Assembly: GCA_951406725.2 (NCBI GenBank)
Contig: OX597814.1
Location: 155,124,001-155,188,000, forward strand
From: Octopus vulgaris
Lineage: Eukaryota
Direction: 5' to 3'
Length of the DNA stretch: 64,000 bases
This document shows positions 55,828-64,000 of the stretch, piece after piece. Position numbers and translations under genes: made by a program. Within the stretch, counting starts at the first letter, position 1. Each line of letters begins with the position of its first letter. The notes beneath the pieces are model-generated. The model was not told where the DNA came from. It did not search any database and worked only from the letters and a program-made list of their open reading frames with translations.

Positions 55828-56316
55828 AAAGAAAAATTTAGAAAGCCACGAAAATGCAGTTGGGGAAATATTAAATACTTAATATTTTCCAGGCTGTTTT
55901 GGCGTGTCTTTCTAAAGACATATATATGTGTGTAAGTATGTTCGTACGTACGCATGTATGCATATGTGCGTGTATGTGTGTGTGTATGTACGTGTGTATG
56001 TGTATACGTATATATAAGTATATAAGTGTTAGTGCAAATCGCTAGCTCTAAGTTTTCAACTCATGTTGTCTCTTAGTTTAATCCTCAGGAATATTGAAAT
56101 TCGAGTGTATTAAAAAAATCCAGAAATTTGAACTGTGTAACTAAGCGGATGTGAAGCTGGGTCGTATGCATACATATATATTTATGTGTGTATATATATA
56201 TATATGTACATCTATGTATGTGTGATTTTAAATGTGTAGGTATAGACACATACCCATACATACTCACACACATACAAACACGCGTTCATATAACATGTAT
56301 ATATTATATATGCATA

Positions 56317-56356
<40 letters not shown>

Positions 56357-56385
56357 TGTGTGTGTATATGTATATATATGTATAT

Positions 56386-56426
<41 letters not shown>

Positions 56427-56488
56427 GATTGTGGCGGGTGTACCATATACATTCTTTGTTCATGCGTATAAAGTAAACTGATTACTTG

Positions 56489-56543
56489 TGCAAACCAAGG
56501 GTTTCTTTGAATAGGGCTACTTGTTCAATGTACTCATCAGTGG
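56489..56543 (-). ncRNA. Degenerate hammerhead-like motif beside (TA)n
   Basis: Reverse complement cca-CTGATGA-gtacattgaa...ttcaaa-GAAA-cc(ctt)gg-TT-tgc; stems I and II imperfect. Confidence 0.4.
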
Positions 56544-56545
56544 AA

Positions 56546-56710
<165 letters not shown>

Positions 56711-57224
56711 ATACATTTGTTTTATAAGATATGGATTCAGAGGGCTGTCATTATCACAGAATGCTCCTCTTACGGACTTGGCTAACAGTTCACAAAGTAA
56801 TCTAATACAAAGGAGTATAAAGTAGAGTGTTAATGCGGCTCTCATGCAGAAAATCCGATGTCTGAAATTATTTCATCAGGAGTATATGGGCCATTAACGT
56901 CGAGATATATGAGAGATGAATATATTTGTTCAACCACTTGTTGGTGTAATGATGTTCTGATAATCTGAGGAGCTAGATTTCTTTATGTGAATTCATCTCT
57001 GAATATACAATTGTATGGTATAGTGCCAGCATGCATATTAATGCAAACATTTGAGCGTAGTTTCTCCCACACTGAAATTATTACTTGACGAAAAGGGCTG
57101 CGAAAGGGCCGTAATCTTTAGGATTTCAAGTCGTTAAATAGATATATTCACCTTTCACACCTCCTGACTTTTATGGCGCGCAAGAGCGCGTGTATGTGTG
57201 TGTGTGTGTATACGTGTGTGTATA

Positions 57225-57450
57225 GTGAAGGCACAGGTCTCAGTTGTTAAAGTGTTGGGTTCACAATCATGAGGTTGTGAGTTCGATTCTCGGACCGATC
57301 TGCGTATTGTGTTCCTGAGCAAGAAACTTTATTTCATGTAGTTGTTGCTCCAGTTCATTCAGCTGTAGAAATGAGTTGCAACATTACTGGTGCAAAGCTG
57401 TATCGGTCTTTGTTTTCCCTTTGGAAAACATCATTGGCGTGGCGTGGTTA
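57225..57450 (+). mobile_element. SINE family C
   Basis: gagttcgattctc B box; cctgagcaagaaactttatttcatg...gttgctccagttcattcagctg. Confidence 0.8.
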
Positions 57451-57863
57451 AACTTTGTATATATGTATATATGTAAGAATCCAAAGAGTGAGATAACGTC
57501 ACCCTTATTTTCGATTTTTTTTCTTTCTGTGATATGAGTTCATTTGGCATTTAAGTTATAAATTTATCTCAGTGTTTTTCCAACATTTCCATATCTATGC
57601 TGCGTAGATGTCGGAGGTTTTCGACAAATCATCAAAACGTCGCGTGCTCTTGACAACAAAACAGTTACAGAAATATGTCCTTACTCTAGATGGAAAAGAT
57701 GTGATCTTTGGTACTATACACTAGTATACAGTTTTATGGTACGATATAGGTTTCAATCCCAAAGCAAGGTACTAAACCTTCCAGGGTTACACACACACAC
57801 ACATCCTTACACAGGCACGTGCATACATTCATACATACATACATACATACATACATACATACA

Positions 57864-57897
<34 letters not shown>

Positions 57898-58164
57898 CAT
57901 ACATACATACATACAAAGCACATATTTACAAAACTCGAGAACTTTCTTAAAAGTCATGTCGCTTTGTTAGCGACGGCTTGAACTCTTTTACGAAGAACTG
58001 AAGTAAACTCAAAGAAAAATCATACATACATACAAACAGATAAACACATATACAGACAGACATACACATATATACATACACATATCGTAACATACACACA
58101 TACACACGCATACGTGTCATATCTCGTCTTCTCTGTAAGCCTTAATTACTTTAGCCACTCCCAC

Positions 58165-58370
58165 AAGCTCATACATTGCACTTAGGCGGTTTTCTTTTGG
58201 TGTAACAGCGTTGGATTGCATCGAGCCCCGCTGTTTGTTTGATGCTCAGTGTCGAGTATAACTGGGAGCAATAGTCTGACAGTAACAATGGTTGCGTTGT
58301 ATTTACGAGTTTGTAGTGTGCTTTTACTACTGTCTCATTTTTAAAGCTCGCTGAAGATGCAGTTCGCAAG
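58165..58370 (-). pseudogene. CR1-like LINE fragment
   Basis: DYCSQLYS...LDAIQRCYTKR resembles the YCxxxWSP...LExVQRxxTK motif. Confidence 0.55.
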
Positions 58371-58899
58371 TTCGATTTACAGAAACCTGATCTGCCCCGG
58401 TGCTAAGCAGGTGTTTTCACGTATACTTGTTTTTGAAGTAATTTTTCTGTGTTTTTATAATCTGTTCTATATCTTACAGGGTAATGTCGCTGCTCTAAAT
58501 GATTCTGATTTATTGCTCAGTATTTTATTCAGTACTATGTGACATTTTACCTCAGATTAGCTCGGTCAGAATATGTTGTGTTCGACATGTGCTTGGGAAA
58601 GTGTGTGTCTGTACGAGTGTATTTCATTCAAAACCCGTCCACTTCAGATTTGGGAAAATAATTCTGCTTCATTATTGAACAACATAAAATTCAGAACATG
58701 AAAATCAGAACATTTTAATGTCATAACGACTTGAAATGCTATCTTCAGAAACCAACTGATGTTTGTTTTTAAATATCAAGGATTATTACGGAGGGAAGAA
58801 AAAGATGTTGACAAGAATCATGGATCAATTTTCAATTTCACCAGAATTAATGCAGATCAATTTTCAAGTTCACATCTTTAATTATGGATGAATAAAAAG

Positions 58900-60560
58900 A
58901 AAAAAAAGTCAAAACGGCTGACTTAAATAGTATATAAACAAAATTAATAAAACGGATTAAAGAACTGAAGGAATTTCATTCACAACAACTCCACTTTATA
59001 TTTTGGAAATACATGCTGTTTTAGTTTTTACAGAACGTCATCAAAATTTGGGCTTATGACGTGAGAGCAGCTTGAAGAATGTATTAAGAATCCAACCAAA
59101 TTTTGTACTTAGTTTCCAAGTTCACAAGTATAGAAAACCCTTTTTAACAACGAGATATTATCGCAAACGGTAGCACTACTTTTTTGTCTCTTCTAGAATA
59201 TAATTTTAAAAGGTTTTTAGCTTTTGACTTCCTAATAGACGAGAGATCTAAATTATTTTGAAATTTCAAGAATTTTTCACTGTTGGAGCAAAGTTCATGA
59301 AAAATCTTTGAAAATTATTCAGTCTCTTCAGGCATATCAGCAATATTACAGTTTAAAGGATTCACTGCGTAACTGATAGTATGTGAATCAAGCTCTGGGA
59401 AGCAAATAAAATAAACAGAATTTGAGTTTAATAAGATGCCTTGTCAAACTGGTTAATAATATTTTCCCGATCTAAAATCTGCTAGTTTTGGAAAGCGTGT
59501 CTTGCTTTTCACCTTTTTGGTTCCGGTACAGAAATTCTATTTCAAATGCAGGAATTATTTCGTCTTCTAAAATGGCATCGATGTTTCCCCTTGAAATATT
59601 TTGTTAAATGCAATTAGACATAAATTATATATGAGAAATGCGTCCGCCAAATGTAATAATTTATTTATCAGCAAGGGTATATTTTGAAGCGCTACAAAAG
59701 TAATGTTTAGTTGTGCTCTTTCAAACTCTATGTAGAACTTCGCAATGTGACAACCATTTCAAGCCAATTTCAATATTAAGCTCTCTCATCATCGTACAAA
59801 TGAAGAAATATTCATGAACTCAGGGTGTCCCTATTTTTTTTCTTCGAAATTGCCAATCTTGATTTACATCATTCAAGAAATCTGTAGTCAGATCAAATTG
59901 TGCAACAAAATCTCTGCTATCTTTGATTAGAGAAATCACTACTTATCCTGTATTATCTGCACATGTAAAAATTCGATCTTTCCCAACTCTTGCAAATACA
60001 GGCACTGCAACAAGTTTCCTGGCGTCTTACTGGCCACACAAGATCTGTTGTTTTCATAGCTGCAGGCTTGACCAAATTCCCCGATAGTATTTGGCGTTTA
60101 TTTCAAGCAGTCAAACAAACCACTTCAAAGCTATCCCTTGATGCTTGAACGTTGATCAAATGTAGTTTTCTTAAACTACCCTCTGCGTTTTATGCACAAA
60201 GCTGAGAAAAGTCTTTCATGTGTACGAATTATTACGAATAAAGAATAAAAAACTTTTTTGGGGGTTATTTAACCTTGTGTCCCGCTCCCTGGCCTAGAGG
60301 CTACTTTTCATGCTGGATGTGTCTTAACTCCTTTCATTATTGCTTGAAGTTCTTAGATGTTTGTAAATGTTTCACTACTTCATTTCAAACGTTTTCCATG
60401 ATTTACTAATTTTTTTGTTCATTTCTGAAAATAACAATCCTTTGAGAAACATACACATTGTATATAAGAACTCTGCCTACCACAACGACTTCCTGTTAAT
60501 TCCAATTATTTCTAACCTTAAATATTAGGTGCATTTTCATATCGCAGTATTGCCTTTAAA
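58900..60560 (-). pseudogene. Possible ancient hAT-like transposase relic
   Basis: Non-repetitive block with a minus-strand KWLSHCEVLHRV remnant near 59730-59765, similar to the hAT RWLS motif; no long ORF. Confidence 0.25.
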
Positions 60561-61294
60561 TAAATGTTACTTGGCTGCAAAAGACATGTTCTTTGTCTGG
60601 CTACTGATGGACTTATGAGTTAAAGACTTAAGCAGAGATAAAACGGACTAGAGGTTTGGATCAACTGCTGGTTATATGGTCAGTGATATTATTTTAACCA
60701 GCAACAGATCAAGGCTGCTTTCATTCTTTCATTCTTTGTGGAAAGGAAAAGAACTGTACAAAAGCGAAGTTTTACATAATTTACTACAAATTACTACGAC
60801 ATTTATAGAATATAATACCAACCCCAAAATTGTGAGAAGCAAATCCTTAAAAGATAGAAACGAAGATATTTTTTACTTCACTTCCATCAAATATGTCTTT
60901 TTGAAATTCGATCATATGCATCTTGCTGTAAAATCATTTAAATGTTTCTGTTTTAAACATTTGCTCTGAAGTTCTGGCAGTCAGTGTCACGTTGAATCAA
61001 AGAGAAATACATCAAGGAGTTCTCCTCTTATTTTCAGTCTGACAGTGAACTACTGAACTGGCGTATCCTCTCTCCTCAGCAGATTGTGCAGCTCTTAGGC
61101 ACCACAAAGCAACTCATAACTTCAGACAACTAGTTTGGAAATTGTGTACCAGGACGGCAGTGAGTACATATTATGTCATTACTGCAGCCACATTCTTAAT
61201 CTATTGCATTAGTTAAAAAGAATGTAAAAATAAGTTTTAAAGGAAAATGCATACTTGTACCATCTATCTGTCGGTCTTTCTGTCTGTCTATTTA

Positions 61295-61580
61295 ACTAGC
61301 ACTCCGTCGCTTGCGTTGACGAAGGTTCCAGTTGATCCGATCAAGGGAACAGACTCCTTGTGAAATTAACATGTAAGTGGCTGGGCACTCCACAGACACG
61401 CATATCCTTAACGTAGCTCACGAGGAGATTCAGCGTGACACAGAGTGTGTCAAGGCTGGCCCCTTTGAAACAGAGGCATCACTTATTTTTTGCTAGCTGA
61501 GTGAACTGAAGCAACGTGAAATAAAGTGTTTTGCTCAAGGAGCAACCGGACCTAATACCCTAACCGCCAAGCTACGCCCT
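61295..61580 (-). mobile_element. SINE family C with a cephalopod-type (Ceph-like) domain
   Basis: gaaattaacatgtaagtggctgggcactccacagacacg...cagcgtgacacagagtgtg...gcaacgtgaaataaagtgttttgctcaagg; family name from recall. Confidence 0.8.
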
Positions 61581-61587
61581 CTCACTG

Positions 61588-61658
<71 letters not shown>

Positions 61659-61695
61659 GTCTGTCTGTCTGTCTGTCTGTCTAAATATCTACCTA

Positions 61696-61787
<92 letters not shown>
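61588..61787. repeat. (TATC)n/(TGTC)n microsatellite
   Basis: Directly visible. Confidence 0.95.
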
Positions 61788-61788
<1 letters not shown>

Positions 61789-62342
61789 GTATTCTTAAAG
61801 TAAAAACCACAAATGTTACAAATAGCTGCCTAGGGTTTCCTAGACAAAATAATAATATATTCTGTTATTTATTGAGCTGAAAGCAAAGCCGCTTGTTAGT
61901 TGATTTTTGATTAGATAAGTTTAAACAAGAAACGATTGTAAAGAAGAGAAAAGGGAGATAACCCAGGTTATCAATCATGTAAACCAGATGCTAATGGCTT
62001 AATAAGTCTGCTTTTAAATTCCGACAAGATGTAATTTTTGAAATATGAACATTAACAAAGCATCTCGTTCCTCGAATTTATGTACTCGTTTTAGGGTTTC
62101 AAGTGTTTTAATAAATTTACGTGTTTTCGTACATTAACTAAGGACCACGGAAGGGGTAATATTAAGTGGATACAAGCTGGGGCCTCATCAACTCTGGCTT
62201 GGTCCTCACGGTGATGTGGTGATGGGGTGGGATTGTTGAAAATCCAAGAGACTCCAGAAATCATCATTGAGTGTCCCAGTGAAGAAAAACTTTGTGTGTG
62301 TGTATGTAAGTGCGCGCGCGTGTGCGTGTGTGTAAAATCAAT

Positions 62343-62916
62343 AATCACTTCTAAGTTATCTCTACAGATATTCTATAGACCTTAGAGCCAGAACTGAAAG
62401 TTACGATGTTTCGTATAAGAATAGGTCAATGTATACAATGCGATCGACATACTGAAATAGTTATTGTTTAAATAGCGACAAAATTTAGCGGTGTAACACT
62501 GCTTGATAGACCAATTTACATAGCAAACTCATTCATGGCAACTGGTACGTACATATTAATTGCTGATAGAATACTGGCATTCGTTTAGCAATTGTGATAT
62601 ACAATCAAGTATATTAAAGATTTATAACTCAATACTGTGTGCTAACTTTTTGCATCAGAACTACAACTCAATCACTTTAAAGTTAAATCTACAGATATAT
62701 GCTATAGAATTTAGAGCCAGTACTGAAAGTTACGACATTTCGTCTGTAAATACGTCTACATAAACAATGCGATTGAAGATAGAAAATACGCAATGGGGTG
62801 TATATACATATTTTAGGAGCAATTGCTCCTTTTCAGCACCACAACCAACCCATTAACTATACGCGAACATATTGCTTAAATAGCCACTACGTTTAGTGGT
62901 GTAACACTACTAGATA
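62343..62916 (+). repeat. Diverged direct repeat pair
   Basis: tctacagata...ttagagccag.actgaaagttacga...aacaatgcgat...ggtgtaacact recurs about 327-409 bp later. Confidence 0.75.
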
Positions 62917-63101
62917 ACTGTAGTTTGTTCAGCTCAGCAAAACGTAATATTACCTCATGTTATTTCTTTTGAGAAAATGTATTTAATGACAAGTTTGGTT
63001 AAATATTTTTTTGCATTGGTCAGGGTACATATCGCAAACTGCGTTCTGTGAAGTTGCCTAGTTTATATATGCCCTTGTATGTATGCAAATGTAAATTATA
63101 C

Positions 63102-63158
<57 letters not shown>

Positions 63159-63159
63159 A

Positions 63160-63272
<113 letters not shown>

Positions 63273-63496
63273 TACACACACACAGACACATAGACACACA
63301 AACACAAACACATACATAGTCATAAACGCATTGCTATCACTTTACCCTTGCGTATCTTTCATTCATAATACTCTGTGGCAGTGGGAGATAGTTAACGTGT
63401 TTTTAACTTACACTATATACATACGTTTGTATGTATGCTTACATATATATATAAATGTAAATATAAATATAAATAAACAAATATATAAACATACAT

Positions 63497-63531
<35 letters not shown>

Positions 63532-63594
63532 TAAAAAATTAAAACGACAACAAACGGGAAATATGACATACCTGTGCGTATGTACACACACACG

Positions 63595-63631
<37 letters not shown>

Positions 63632-63699
63632 CATTCGCCATAATAGATCGCTACCCACTACACATTCTTTATTTTCTCTCTTTGTTTCTTTCTATGATC

Positions 63700-63735
63700 C
63701 TTTCTGTGGAAGAACGTAGGCTCGAAACGGTAAAG
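63700..63735 (+). ncRNA. Hammerhead-like motif (family H1), decayed
   Basis: cttt-CTGTGGA-a-gaac(gtag)gctc-GAAAC-GGT-aaag; host element 63636-63825 homologous to 1197-1349. Confidence 0.55.
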
Positions 63736-63846
63736 ACGTTTTCACTTCCCAGCGTTATACTAATACATCTGATTGTTGTCAACACCACCTGCCTTCGTCT
63801 TTTGTGTTTTTGTGAATTCTTCCTATATATATACATACATGCATAC

Positions 63847-63911
<65 letters not shown>

Positions 63912-64000
63912 TATATATATTCTCAAGTTCACACGTGCATACACATATACACACCTGCGCACACACACACGCACCCACAGTCAAGCTGAAAATCTTCACA

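Noticed and set aside
61038-61160. Possible host exon (ttttcag ... gtgagt)
   Set aside because: The best frame hits a stop, no recognisable protein, and no partner exons

Overview
AT-rich eukaryotic non-coding DNA, saturated with (TA)n, (CA)n, (CATA)n, (TATC)n and (AAT)n microsatellites. The SINE families match my recollection of octopus (coleoid cephalopod) repeats; this was not checked against a database. No host protein-coding gene can be supported, and most listed ORFs are microsatellite read-throughs. Recognisable content: three tRNA-derived SINE families in many copies; decayed RTE, CR1/L2-like, Tx1-like and R4/Dong-like LINE pieces; a Penelope-like GIY-YIG fragment; Tc1/mariner remnants; several fold-back MITEs; and Helitron-like 3' ends. 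Two things stand out. (1) At 35671-37458, four near-identical 360-bp monomers plus one inverted monomer sit inside a (TA)n tract. The monomer folds extensively on the + strand, resembling a retrozyme or circular-RNA-derived array, but I find no canonical ribozyme core in it. (2) At least seven well-formed minimal type I hammerhead motifs with non-canonical cores, in two families of short elements that end at (TA)n or (TATC)n microsatellites.
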